This document shows positions 63,954 to 64,000 of a stretch of 64,000 nucleotides of DNA, one piece after another. The position numbers and the translations under genes were made by a program. This DNA comes from Cycas panzhihuaensis. Lineage: Eukaryota > Plantae > Cycadophyta. The notes beneath the pieces are model-generated. The model was not told the DNA's origin. It saw only the letters and a program-made list of their open reading frames with translations, and made no database searches. Where the stretch lies: the NCBI GenBank assembly GCA_023213395.1, contig CM041465.1, forward strand, positions 224,571,741-224,635,740. Direction: 5' to 3'. The stretch's first letter is position 1. Each line of letters starts with the position of its first letter.

Positions 63954-64000
63954 GTACGTATAATAGAGAAAACATCTACCAGAAGATATGTTTCTGTTGA

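Overview
This is a plant nuclear window (land plant with a large, heavily methylated genome, inferred from the retroelement types and C>T/G>A decay). About 90% of it is a nested stack of LTR retrotransposons. From left to right: (1) a Reina-like chromovirus Gypsy (G1, 1323-12532, minus strand) whose 3' LTR is split by a young-looking short-LTR Copia (C1, 1355-6518); (2) an older plus-strand Gypsy pol fragment and a probable accessory-ORF fragment; (3) a non-autonomous Copia (C2, 17554-29534) interrupted by a long-leader Copia (C3a, 18776-26533); (4) Copia C4 (29935-42716) interrupted by a second long-leader copy (C3b, 33682-41151, minus); (5) a Copia remnant and a hairpin-unit repeat array; (6) a non-chromovirus Gypsy (G2, 45636-~55345, minus) fused head-to-head to a 5'-truncated third long-leader copy (C3c, to 60664). 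The only host coding sequence I recognise is a 47-bp exon at 63907-63953 encoding EFYTVIPHDFGFKKM, a motif of plant PARP2, so the stack may lie inside one giant intron. The three most interesting signals are two extra Gag/capsid-like domains between protease and RT in G2, a conserved ~420-nt multi-stem RNA directly upstream of the C3 gag AUG (IRES or packaging-signal candidate), and a hairpin enclosing the PPT/U3 junction that is kept with different sequences in four Copia families. All alignments and folds were done by eye.
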